From NCBI GenBank assembly GCA_047495785.1, contig JBLDXI010000013.1:2418001-2482000 (forward strand): a DNA stretch of 64,000 bases, read 5' to 3'. The stretch is from Lepidodermella squamata. Lineage: Eukaryota; Animalia; Gastrotricha. The notes below the pieces were generated by a model. That model did no database searches and had not been told where the DNA came from. It worked only from the letters and a program-made list of their open reading frames with translations. The position numbers and the translations under genes are program-made. Shown here one piece after another: positions 52,021 to 64,000 of the stretch; positions within the stretch are counted from its first letter, which is position 1; each line of letters begins with the position of its first letter.

Positions 52021-53228
52021 ACCGTGGCGGGCTGTTAGTCAGGTTTAAAAATAAACTTTGTACTGGATTCAGTTGCACGAATTGTCATGCTTTTAAGTTT
52101 AGAAGCCTCGATGTATAGGTTCTGCTCACCTTACCATTCGTGACTCGAAATGGCATCTCCTGTCACCAATCCCTGGATTTATAGTTTATGACAGAACATT
52201 TCAATTTCAGCTGCTCTCATTAGAGAGAGTGATGGCTTTGCTGCTATTTTATGCATAGGTTTGTCAACCTTATTCCTTAATGCAAAACTTTCAAAAAACG
52301 ACTCGCTGTAGATTTGCAAAAATGCAAAATTTATTTTCCTCTGTCAAGTTTGTTCAATCGCATTTCATTAATCGGCAACGGCACGATGATTTTTCGTTAT
52401 TTTAGGACAAAAAGAATGTATTATCAAATTTCAACATTAAACAATTAGTTCTACAAAACATCGCATATTTTCCCTTCAGTATCCATGATGCACAAGTAAA
52501 AAAAGAAACAAAAACAAGAACAAGGCGCAAAAAGCTTATCAGTATTCATCAAAACTCGTCTTGAAATCGGTTGCAATAAACTTTCACCTTACGCGAAAAA
52601 AAACAAGAAAACGATTAGAATATTTTTCATCCTTCTTAAAAAAAGATCTCGAAAAAGCGATCAACTAACAAAAAATTTCCAAAAGCACTAGGGATTCAAG
52701 CAAAGCTGTTCTAGAAAATTGATAAAAACTGGAGCACGGCACATCCAACTTAAATTTGCATCAGGTAAGGAGGGTTGAAAACTTAACAAACTAGGCATAA
52801 TGTTTGAAGAGCGACATGAAACTAGGTAGGAAGGAAGGGAGAAGGCGATGATCACGAATAAGGAAGAAGATGACATCGCGAAAAAAACGGAGAAATCGCG
52901 AGGCCAGCTGACGATTCTGCCTTCTATTATGAGTTTTGTTAAAAGTAAAAAGCCACGAAGGAACACCGCACAGAGAGATCATAAATCGCAGTTTTAGCTT
53001 CTCATCAAAACATGTTACACACGCACACATGAAAAATTTAATGCAGTCGGCATATTACATATATAGTTATCATCAATATTTCATATATAAAAAGAGAATA
53101 TTATATATTTTTTTATTCGATTCGGTGTAACAAGTATTGGTAGCAAAAATTCTAGTCACACTGAGCACTTCGAGTCGCTTTCTTCGTGCCGAAAAAACGA
53201 TGGAGATTGTCGCAGGTTCATTCGACGA

Positions 53229-54766
53229 TTACAATCCGCCGCCATTCGTGTTCGAACTTGAATCGGCCGCGTTCGAATTCGCAGCCATCGCTCGGCGCAT
53301 GAGAACAAGTTTACTGACTAGACGGTTTCCAGACTGAAAAATACAAAAACAATGAAATATTTGAAACATTGAAATATACTAAAACTTTGCAAACAAAAAT
53401 AGTTTCGCGAATTTGAGATTTTCGTAAAATCGTTTGTAAATTCACGTCAAAATGTCCTAGGTTTTAACCATTGAGACGAAAAGCGCCAAAGCGCAAATTC
53501 ATTAGCTATTTTTCAAAACTTGCGAAAATATCCGATCATCCGAATCAACACATACTAATACTCCAAGACTTAGCTACTAGGAAAATAGTTAGAGAAAGGG
53601 AGAGGGCTAGCCTTACAGCGAAAATGATATGAAAATGCTCAAAATCTCGCAAAAAAGGTTTTACTGATCAAACTTGGCATTTAAAGGCTATGAGAAGGGC
53701 TTGAATAGCAAATATTCTCGAATTTTAAAGTCAAGTGGAAATGGAAACTCACTTTCATCGAAGCAGCCTGTTGCCGCCAGTGCCGCGCCATTTTCCGCCG
53801 CAGCATCCGCGTGGCAACAATAGCCGGTGAGGTATGACGGGGCGAAGGCGTGAAGTCGCGCATCGGCTGGCCTTCACCATCGACCTCCTCGCAGCCCGCC
53901 TCGTCCTCATCCTCAGGCAACGGCGTGGCGTCCTCTGAAATTTCATCGACAGGCTGCGGGTGGTGATGCTTCGCAATCAGCTGGCGTTTTATTGTCAAAA
54001 TCTGAGGTTCGTGCAAGTTACAATGCCGACACCGGCCGTAATCATCGCAGTTATCGTCCTCTAACGGCTCGTCTTCCACCGCCCCGCTGTCTTCACTAGC
54101 CCCGTTCTGCTCAGCGGCAGCAGCTGCCGCCGCGTACAGCTTCGACAGCGTGTGAATCAAGTGCCGCCGTACTCGGACTGCGTTGAATTCGACCCGGCCT
54201 TCGACATTCCGGCAACCCTCCCGCGTACACGAACACGGGTAGGCCATCTTATCGACCTGGCAAGCGATGCCGTTGACAGAGCACGGGCAAGTTTCCGGCA
54301 AACAAACCGGCCCGCAAGACTGGCAACCGCACTCATTCCTCGACAGCCGAATCGCTTCACATTCGAACCGTTCGGTTGTATCGATTTTCTTCACCCCACT
54401 CAGCCGAAGCAGCCTCCGCCTCTGCCGAACGGGCAGCGGCCTTAATTCGGCGAGCGACGATTTGTCTTGAACAGGTGACGGGGAATTCGGCCGTTTTCGA
54501 GGCAATTCGTCGTCATTCGACGAACTTTCCCCCAGCGATATGTCGAGTTCATCATCGCCCTGGCCGCTGTCGAACGAAACGCGGTGTTCGTCGAAATGCC
54601 GCTCGGCCATTCCTAGGGTTGTACCACCTTTCGACGGCACGCAGTTGAAACCTTGTTTCCGGCGAAAAAAGTACAACTGAACGCCGCTGAATCGTAGAGA
54701 TGGACTGCCCATCGCCCCGGTGTTGGAGGACGATGCCGAATTCGTATCTTCCATAGGATATGCCAT
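53229..54766 (-). CDS. CSRNP: Cysteine/serine-rich nuclear protein (Axud1/CSRNP family); exons 54766-53753 and 53333-53229
   Basis: FFRRKQGFNCVPSKGGTTLGM, RRRLLRLSGV, IRLSRNECGC, CPCSVNGIACQVD, EGRVEFN..RVR.H. Confidence 0.92.
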
Positions 54767-55588
54767 GATTTCTACCTCAATTTAACCATCTAAAAATTAA
54801 GGAAGATTTCATTGATTATGAAATTTTTAATTATAACCGATGATAAGAAAACAAAACGGGAATGAAATGACAAAAAGCGTAAACTATTTTTTATCCATCA
54901 CGAAAAAAATATTTTTTTACAACTTCTACGGAGTAGAATAAATAATCAGCCTTTTCCGATAGTTGAGCGCGTAAATTAGGGCAACATTTTTTCAATATAT
55001 TTACAACGATTTTCTGTTTTTTTTAATCATTTTATACAACGTCCGGGAATTTAAGTGCGCTTGAAAATAGGCATTCCTTTTTGATAGATGAAAAACGATA
55101 GGAGTTCTTACGACGACACAGGTAACGGTAGATCAACAGATAAATTCATTCAAAAAATATGATAAGAGTAGATTTTACGATTCACCATTTTTCACCACCG
55201 AAGCATTCTTTTTCTGATTAATAATATCTCTCACAATGAGAAAAATATATTTCGCTCAACCGTATTTCTTGGTGTTTTCAAATTTGCTTGTTTTATCACA
55301 GCACACACATCCTTGTTGTTCAATTTCCCGGTGTAATCAAGTGACGGCAGGATATTGCGGTATAATCATCACCTCCCCCATATAAAAGCATTCAAAATAA
55401 AACGAGAAAATTTGGCGGTTTCTTTCGATGTCCACAATCTTGGAAGTACTACCAAATGTATATAGAATTTGATCAAAATAGAAGGAAACTATCGAGCTAG
55501 AATATAATAATATGAATAACGATATCATCTTCGCCGAGGAAAGAAGCGAAATCTTGTGGATAAAACTATTGAGAAATCATTAAAACTG

Positions 55589-57729
55589 TTATTTCGTAAC
55601 GGCCGAGAGTGAGTTCGGCACGGTTTTCGACTTGGAGACCGAGTGCGAGGAGGCGTTGTCATTCGTCACGGTCTCCAGAGCACCTTTGTGACCCTTATGG
55701 CTCGATTCCAGCGAGTGCAGTTCCTGAGAAAGGGCGTGTAGCCTGAACTGCATACGAGAAACGTGGTGATATTGCTTGTAACTGCGAGCTTCGTCCAAAT
55801 ACTGACGAGCCAGCTTCAAATCACGGTTTTCAAGTGCAATATGAGCCAATTCGATCCAACTGCCGGGTAAAACGTAGGTGACTTCAGCGCCTAATTGCGA
55901 CTCAGGCCAGTTGACAATGCAAGACATGAGCCAAAGCCTAGCTTCTTCGTTGCGTTTCAATTCTCGCAGGATAGCTCCCCGTAGGAAGATAGCTAGAATC
56001 AAATCGTCATCTGAGCAACCTTGTACCTTCTGAATTTTGAATTTGCTATCAGGCCCGTTGGTTTTTGCATCGATTCCAAGCAGCCTGAGCTCATCGTCAA
56101 TTATCCCGAGAAACTTCTCACAGGAAGCCTAAACAATTTAACCGTAATTTATCGTGGTTAAAATAACGATAGAATATTTACCGGATCTGATGCCATGATG
56201 CGGGTCCAGTTCATTATGAACATCATTTCAATAGCTGGCATACAAATTTTACCAGTTTTAGCGTATCGCACGGCCTTCGCGGCGGCAAATTTTTCGATGG
56301 GGACTGATTTTCCAGCGATTCGTTGGCGCAAACTAGGTACTTCCTCCAGAAGTTGAGACACGTGCAACTGCATAGATCGAATAGTTTCTGCGTCAGCTTC
56401 ACCAGGATTGCGTGTGTATTGCGAAATCAACTCTAGCATGAAGCAGGCCTTCAAATACTGGTACAAGGCCTTGCTCCAACGAGAATTTTGATAAAGATTT
56501 TCAGCAAACTTCATTGCGATGAGCCAATCAGCTAAAAGAGCATGAGTCGCCATCTCCTCCCAGAAACACTGAAATAAAATTTTAAAGAACAAGAATAAGA
56601 ATATCGATCCATGAGAGAATAATAGGTAAACTAACAGCCTAATTTGGGAAGACAACAAATAAAGCGACAACATCGAGATCATTCTACTTACCAAGTGATG
56701 AAACTGCTGCCACTGCGACTGACAGTTGACAGCTCGCTCGTAAGAATCGATGGCTGAGATGAATCTGCCACTAACTTGCTCGTACTTGCCGCGGAAGAAC
56801 AAAAACATAACACTCTCCGGATACTTAGTGAGCGCTTTTTTGAGTATCATATCAGCACGCGGCAGATTGTTGTGATTCAATCCAAATGCATAAACGGCAA
56901 CCAAATCGAACGACAACATTGCCATCCAACAGAGAGGAGTGCGGAGACCATTTTCGATAGTGACGCCAATTTCTATTTCTTTGAGTCCCACTTCTTTGTC
57001 ACCAGAGAAGCCTACAAACTCCAACAAATGCATTATTCGGGGAGGCAGGTTTGAAAGGAGGACATTGAACAAGCCATAACCGAGGCGCACACCACTTTCA
57101 AAATGAGCCTTTCCAGCGGTAGTGGTCCATTGATAACGTCCAAGCAGTTTGTGACACTCTTGATATGCCAAGTAGCAGCGACGAATCTTGAAAGCCGCCT
57201 TAACAAAGCTCACCAAGTTTTCGTCCTCCAAGAAAGTCAACAAAGCATAAAGAAGTAAACTCTCCGCATATATCAATTCTGCGTGTAGCTCCTCCAGGGT
57301 ATAATCATGCTTCCCACGATTCCATGCGAGCATTGACTGTTTTTTGCGGGAGCTTTTCGCTACATTAAGCGATTTCTTTGCTGCCTCCAACGCATTCGCA
57401 ATGTCAACCTGATCAAGCGTCATCATCGCCTGCAGGCCCATAATCGTCGAGTATGATATGGAATGGTACATCGAATAATCGCATGATCCCTGAAGCATTT
57501 CTTTTGCTTGTTCAAATTTGTTTGAAAGAAACAAGTTAAGGCTTTGAAAGGCGACAGTGAGACCTTCCTCCAACGTCGGCACCGAACCCTTCGCCGCTGA
57601 TGTAGAGGGCAACGTTACGCTTTCACCATCATCTGCAACGTCATCTTGAGCATCGACGAATTCACCTTCTTCGTCGCTGCTATCGCCTTTTTCCGCGCGA
57701 TTTTTTCCTGCCGCTTTAACATCGCCCAT
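55589..57729 (-). CDS. TTC39: Tetratricopeptide repeat protein 39 (exons 57729-56692, 56568-56182, 56128-55589)
   Basis: LNLFLSNKF, ELHAELIYAE, FESGVRLGYGLFN, LLEFVGFSGDKEVGL, SRWSKALY, RIAGKSVPIEKFA, RMQFRLH. Confidence 0.93.
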
Positions 57730-58864
57730 CTAGTTCAAAACAATAGGATTTACAAAGTAATTGTCATTAAAAATAAAAAATCAGATAAGGGCAGGCAACA
57801 GGCAATAATTAGAAAATAAAACAACTTAAGCAGCTATAGCTAGTTGTTTAGCCGAGTGTTTAGTCGAGAGCCAAGCCTGCAATTAATTGCGATGTGCTAG
57901 CTGTCAAACGTCATGCGAATAACATTTGAGCAGCCAGGAATGCGTAAACAAATGCAGCTTCAACTTTTACTAACGATATGCTTATAAAAGGCACGATAGG
58001 CGTTGACGGATTAGATATAGCGTATAGTACTCTAATACACTCGTCAAAGTTAACAAACACTAGATATAGAAACTGACTGCAACACAGAATGCTTGGATGT
58101 CAAGGAGCTGATCTCTGGCGTGGAAAGCCACGTGATTACGATTTGATCAGAAGGTGGTATCGTAAAGACAAACATGAAACAATGGCCTGCGGCAGAAAAG
58201 GAGAAAACAGAGTGCTGAGTACCAAAAGCCGCCCTTTGAACTTTTAAGCTCAGTTTTGCCGAAACTTGGAAGTCGAGCCGAAAACCCCAAAAATCGCGGG
58301 GCCTATTTGAACAATAACTTCGATTTCACCCCTAAATATACATATCGTAAAATCATGACGAGGTATGCATACAAAAAAGTATGTATATAATTAATTTAGC
58401 CGCATGAAAAATGAAAATTGGGATTGGTCCATCGATTTTGTTGTTTTTTCGTCGCAGTTCGTCCAATCGTAGTTTTGAGGTTTGACAGCGATGTTTCGCC
58501 GAATAAGGGCCGGCTTTTGATGGCCGTTGACAACAGAACATTCTAAAGGACAGAAGGTAGAAGTCTTCAGTAAATAGTAAATGAGGCTCCATTTTTCAAT
58601 TCGATGGGAGATTGAGACGACTTGGCTATGTGCTGAGAAATAGGTGACAGAGAAATAGGCAAAGGTTTTTAGAATCGTGAGTTGACCGTAGCCGGTTTTC
58701 CCCAAAATTATATCCTAATAGAGATAGTCACTATTACTTACCTACAAGCGCTTTTGAACATATTTTTAAAAGGTTCTTAGAGTGAGGAAGGTGCAACGCG
58801 CAATGATTTACTCTTTACTCTACACAAGTCCACTTGAGACTATTTTCGATTCAGGCTTGCAAAA

Positions 58865-60350
58865 ATTAAGTAAACAGTCGAGCTCATACTCCTTGAGAAA
58901 GTTTTCTTACGTTTGGCTGTAGCCAAGACTCGACTTAATAACTTCAAATGGCCAATCGCTTCGGCTTCCAGAGCGCTCGTCCAAAGCTTCCATTTTGATG
59001 CCGTCGGCTTTCAGCGGTTTTTTGCGCCAACATTCGTCATCGCTAACCCTGATTTGCAGTTTTATCCGCATTTTTAGCTGTGAGATTTGGACTCACTGAG
59101 TGATTGCCAGCCTTAGTTTCCTTAGTTTCAATTAAAGCTGAAGTTTCGGTCACCTTTTCAGCTGCTCGACTTCTAGTTGACCTTTCTTCGCCCATGGAAT
59201 AGCAACTCGACTTTTTCCCAATGCTGGACAGTGATCGAACAGATCTCCTGACAGGTTTCTTGACAGGAGTCAGTTGGAAATCGCTATCACTTGTTAGACT
59301 TGAGCTTTCGGAGCATTCCAAGGTCTCAACAACTGCAGCCTTCGATTTAACAGCCGAACGAACTTACTTGGTGGTCTTCTTCGAACTGTTGGCAGTTTTA
59401 ACCTGCGGCTTCTTGCTTTTTCTGACTTCATTTTGAGTGGAATTTGCGGTCCAATTTGACAGGGTTTTGTGACCTTGGGACAGACTGGTTATCTTTGTTG
59501 CCCAATCAATATGCTCAATTTCTCAAGATTGTTTATTCAATCAGCTGACTTCAACAAGTTGAGGACTGATTTCAGCTGCTGTACGGTCCCAGACGTAAAT
59601 TTCATTTGATGGATTGCTACGTATGAATAGAAGCGACTATGAAGAACGATGGAGAAACAAGTTTTAAGCTAACCAAAACACGCGGATAATCGCTTTTTCA
59701 GTTGACATCATAACCAGTGTTGCGATTATGTCGACACAGATGAGTGTAGTGACGGAACGTCATGTTTGCTTGTAAACCTGGATAGTTAGCAGCGAAATGG
59801 GAAACTCAACAACAAGATGATCATCAAGACACTTGTTTATTCTCTCAATTCTCAATCATCACAAACTCTAGTCTATTGTCAGCAACAAATCAACTTTCAC
59901 GTGAAGTGGCTCCACGAGTTTTCTAATTTCTTCCAGAGCCGCCGACTGGGATTGGGCTGCCCAGTTTACCTGCGGAAAGCCTAGCTGCGGGAAGGCCGGT
60001 GCTGCCGCTTGCAGCACAGCGGACATTGCAGCCAGCTGCTTGATGTTCGGCAGCTGAGCAGCACGATTCGATGCTCTGTGTCCCGGTCGTCTGCGGTTGG
60101 TGCAACTGAAAATGAATTAAATTCAAGTTATATACCGGTTTCAGTCGATGAGATACTGATTTCTGGCGAATACGAGCTGCTTGCTAGAAATGAAGAATCT
60201 ATTGCCACTGACAACGGGCTGACTGTCGCTGACGAATCACTAATTGTCGGCTTTGTTTTTAGAGAATACTACTCATTATTATTGCGATGATTATGGAGAT
60301 GATTTGTAACTTCAGGCTTGGGAGGAGACTTTAAGTAGTCCAAGTGGCAT
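58865..60350 (-). pseudogene. Possible decayed low-complexity coding sequence(s)
   Basis: Protein-like reading stretches (SKKTTK*VRSAVKSK...; AAQLPNIKQLAAM...LEEIRKLVEPL) broken by in-frame stops and frameshifts, plus one intron-like gap. Confidence 0.3.
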
Positions 60351-60634
60351 CAAATGGTGTCCAAAGTTATTGCCAATAATTTGAACTGGCGCCAAATTGG
60401 TGTTATCACTCGGAGTAACTACTCGAATAGTTGTTCAGTTTTAAGTTCGTTCATGTTTTAAAAGGTAAATGTTAAAAAAGGATAAGTGCCGTATTGCAGT
60501 ATACTTCGAAGTGTCACACGACCCTTTTTATTAGTTCGTAAAATGCGTGACGAGCGATATTTACTTTTTACCCAGCTAGCCAAGTTTCTTTTTATTTGAA
60601 ATTTTACATTATAGATAATTTGATAATTTCGAAA

Positions 60635-61115
60635 ATGCGATTGGGAAATTATTCGAGATTGCCCACCTCTGACCCGAATGGCAATCGATCCGATTATGAT
60701 GAGCAGCGTAATCAGGAAATGGCGGAAAATCTCTCAGCCAAGGTTGGTATTACGACGAACAAAACTTGACAAATTATCGGATTTCTTTCTTTCGCTTTAG
60801 GTGAATATGCTGAAACTGCTAGCTAACGATGTACATACCGAAACTCGAGATCAGACGCATCGAATGTTGTCTGATACAGCCGTTGACATGTCAAGAACTC
60901 AAGCTCTGTTCGGTATAACGGTCAATCGGCTAAATAACTTAGTCACAAAAATCAGCACAAAATCAACTGCTCGTTTCCAGTGCACAATAATAATCGGAAT
61001 TGTTTCATTTTTCTTCATTCTATACCTCGTGGCCACTAAGACAAGTCTGTTCAGCGGTTCTCATGCATCTGATGCAATCAGCCAAACTTCATCAACTACT
61101 ACAGTGTCAGTATAA
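60635..61115 (+). CDS. BET1: BET1/BET1L-like Qc-SNARE (exons 60635-60742, 60801-61115)
   Basis: EQRNQEMAENLSAK|VNMLKLLANDVHTE SNARE heptads and a C-terminal TM helix. Confidence 0.78.
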
Positions 61116-63280
61116 CAATGCGAAAAATATTTATTTGAATTAAGATATTAATCTCTCTAAGCTGTTGGTTACTAAACTATATTTGTAAGCTGAATTGTTT
61201 GGTTAAAGGGCTTTTTGGCAATAAAAACGGTGATACATCATGCTGGCGTGTCTGCTGCGTAATGGCAAAAAATTCGATGATGAGTCAACAACCGTGTGAA
61301 ATCTGCCTCAGATTAAACGAAATTTGTTGCCAGATATGTAGAAAAAAATATAAGCCGCCGTTCACTTCTTGTCTGAGACGACGACGACGTTGCATCGTTT
61401 TCCAAATCTGAGGCGGAGCTGTCAAATGTCAAAGTTAAACGAACGTCAGCCCTACGCTCAGGGGTGCCATAAAACACCCAGGTTTTTTTTACACAGTCTA
61501 ATTATCACAATGTCAGCGGTCAACAGATATACGACGATTGCGGTTGACCATGGCGGATCATTATACTCGTGTTTTTCTTTCAAATGTCGTGTTACATTGA
61601 CCGTTAGGTGGCCACGTTTTTTGAATTATTGGCGTTGTCCAACGCCAGCATCAAGTTAATTGAATAGATGAAACGCCCTCATCTCGAAGTTTTTTTTCCC
61701 GAAATATTGAGTGTTTATCAGTTTATGCTCTACTTACATACGTAAGCTGGGTAGCGGAATACATTTCTCCGCTAACAAGACATGAGATAACATCTTTCAT
61801 CAGCAACCTGCTCGCTTCTAACTGATCATTATCATCTTTTCTATTAACCAGGTTTTTCATTGAACCTAGCCAACCTGGCCGAGATAGCCTAGGCCCAGAA
61901 GTTAAACGTTTTACTGGAGCTACGATTATTTTTACAGTGAGACCGAGTGAGAGAGGCGCCCCTTTACACCTCTTAATATAAAAGCAATTTAAGGATTTTC
62001 TAACAGCCCTCAAAACAGAGACTAAATTTTTTGTATAAATTTCTAGGGCTTAGCGACAAGTTTGTTATAAAGCGCTGTCGAACAAATGACCAGCAAATAG
62101 ACGCACTGCTTCTTCAGTCGCCACGTAGATCACGCTCGAGATAAGCGGCTTTCAAGCAAAGCCTCAGAAAAACTTGCCTTCTGCCCTGGCCAACAGAGCC
62201 AAAGGCAGGCAGAATATTTCGGGCGAATACCTTCCGTTTTAGTCACTGATGAGCTTTTGATTTTCTATTCAAGGTTAAGTTATTTTTTGCGGAGAGTGCA
62301 TCTCCCTATTGATTCCTTGTTTACCCAAGTCAGTGCCAAATTAGACTGCGTCATTTAATGTGCACAGAATAATAGAAATTCCACTAATTGACTAACATGG
62401 ATATCAAAAGTTTTATAACCCGCAAAATTCCTGCGCGCTGAATTCGTGCAAAGCTTTCAAAGTATTTCAAAGCCGGACGTAAGAGCATTTTCCTGCCAAC
62501 CGTGTGAGGCATGGGAACGCGTGACACTAGAGTTAGGAAATCACGTGGAAAGATGTGTCAAGCGTGTTAACCGGCAGGTAATGTTTCTGGTCAACGATGA
62601 CTATCTGCTGACCAACGCTTATCTGCGTTAACCGCCCACGTTTTCCCTACCTTACTTGCATGAATCAGAATAATATTAGCGTAATGACGAAACACCTCAA
62701 CCGTCCGCTATCAAAAAGGAAAATTCATCAAAATTATTCATTCATTTTTGATGACTTGTTGATTCGTGTTTTTATTGCTTGATAATATCTTCCTCTTCTC
62801 ATCAAGTTCGGGTCATTCGAGTACGAATCCTTTTAGCTGAAGACCAGACTACTGTTGTAATGCAGAAAGCGCGAAGCCATTAGTCTGTCTCGTGTAAGTA
62901 GTTGTTTGAATGCTCTTAATTATCGCTTCATTAACACGGATAGTTACGTCAGTTTTTTTCTACAACAAACTTCATAATGTGTTAAAATTTAACGCGTTAA
63001 TAAGATGAAGCTAATAATCTACCTTTATTATCTGCTTTACATTCGTAGACGATAACACAGTAGTAGGTGTGAGTTGTTTTTCTGACGCAATCATATGAAA
63101 AATAGGGAAAAAACTTGGATGAACCTTCCTAGGAAAGTGGCTGTGTTAATTCAAATTATATATGTTCTCAGTTGGCCCCAAGCGCATGAATAATTATCAC
63201 CTTCATTTAAAGCTATCATAATACTGAAACTTTTCTTTAGATCTTATTTTGATAAACTTCACAGTGGAAAACTTACTGGA

Positions 63281-64000
63281 TATGTTGAGATCCTTACTCG
63301 TTTCCTCTCTATTGTTTGTCGGGCAAACAAATGGTAAAAATAACCAAGAAAATCTCACAGCTCTTCAAAATTTCGTTTTTTTCAGCCCAAAATACCGATG
63401 TGATTTTCCGATCCAACCCGACTGGTTGGACTTGTAGTGATACGCCATTTCAAGCTACTCGAGTCACATATTCATTCAGCGACGGGTCACCCCTTCGAGC
63501 TGTTGTAGCCAGAATAGTTCAATCTTGCCAGGCTTCATGTCGCAGCGCGAGTTGGTGTCGGGCTTTCTCGGTAGATTCACTACCAGTTTCCGCCCCGAAT
63601 ACTCCGAATAGCCGTACAACCAACGACTACTACGACAACTATTTGGACGAGAATCGGGATAGCTCTGCTGTTTGTAATTTATTCACCCAGACCTCGTGCC
63701 GCGTCGTGAGATGGCCAAGCCCACGTACTACAGTTTTAGCATACAAAATTGCGAGTAAGACATTTTTCGAATTTTAGCGACCTCAATTTAACTCCCTTTT
63801 GTGTTACTTTAGAGGTGGAAGGCTATGACTTGAATGAGCGAAAATGCCCGAAGCCTATTAACGTGTGGGTTGGCGGTCCGCCTGACCAATGTGCCCAGGC
63901 TTGTGATTATTCACCGCTTTGCGCTGGCTTCAACTACAAGTTTGCGGAAAATCAGTGCTTCTTGATTAACAACAACAAATCACTTGGCTTGGATGACGAG
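63281..64000 (+). CDS. Secreted PAN/apple-like domain protein, 3' truncated by the window end
   Basis: Signal-like MLRSLLVSSLLFVG; CQASCRSASWCRAF and CAQACDYSPLCAGFNY....CFL patterns. Introns at about 63333-63385 and 63754-63811. Confidence 0.6.

Noticed and set aside
58865-60350. Stop-codon reassignment to explain the in-frame stops
   Set aside because: Conserved genes in the window end normally at TAA, TAG and TGA and contain no internal stops.

Overview
This is eukaryotic (animal, probably spiralian invertebrate) DNA from a very compact genome. Introns are GT-AG and mostly 45-60 nt, and CpG is abundant. No rRNA, tRNA, CRISPR-cas or prokaryotic features were found. Housekeeping genes are HERPUD, two tandem HHAT-like MBOATs, a PLAC8/cornifelin protein, NUDCD1, MPHOSPH6, CCT2, COG6, CSRNP, TTC39 and BET1. 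There is also a ~700 aa disordered orphan with RVxF/PPxY motifs. Secreted or membrane gene clusters are: two GC-rich chitin-binding + LamG-like genes flanking a GH18 chitinase, two tetraspanins, three GM2-activator/ML-domain genes, and a PAN/apple protein cut by the window end. Main observations: (1) several co-oriented housekeeping genes are 90-320 bp apart with an apparently unpaired splice acceptor just before the downstream start, which suggests operons resolved by spliced-leader trans-splicing; (2) the chitinase last exon is split by a 2.68 kb P-like non-autonomous transposon (24 bp perfect TIR, 8 bp TSD), which carries a nested TTAA element with a phased palindromic repeat array that looks superficially like CRISPR; (3) a non-coding element is conserved between otherwise diverged GM2A-like paralogs. 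Gene models were read by eye and no database searches were run.
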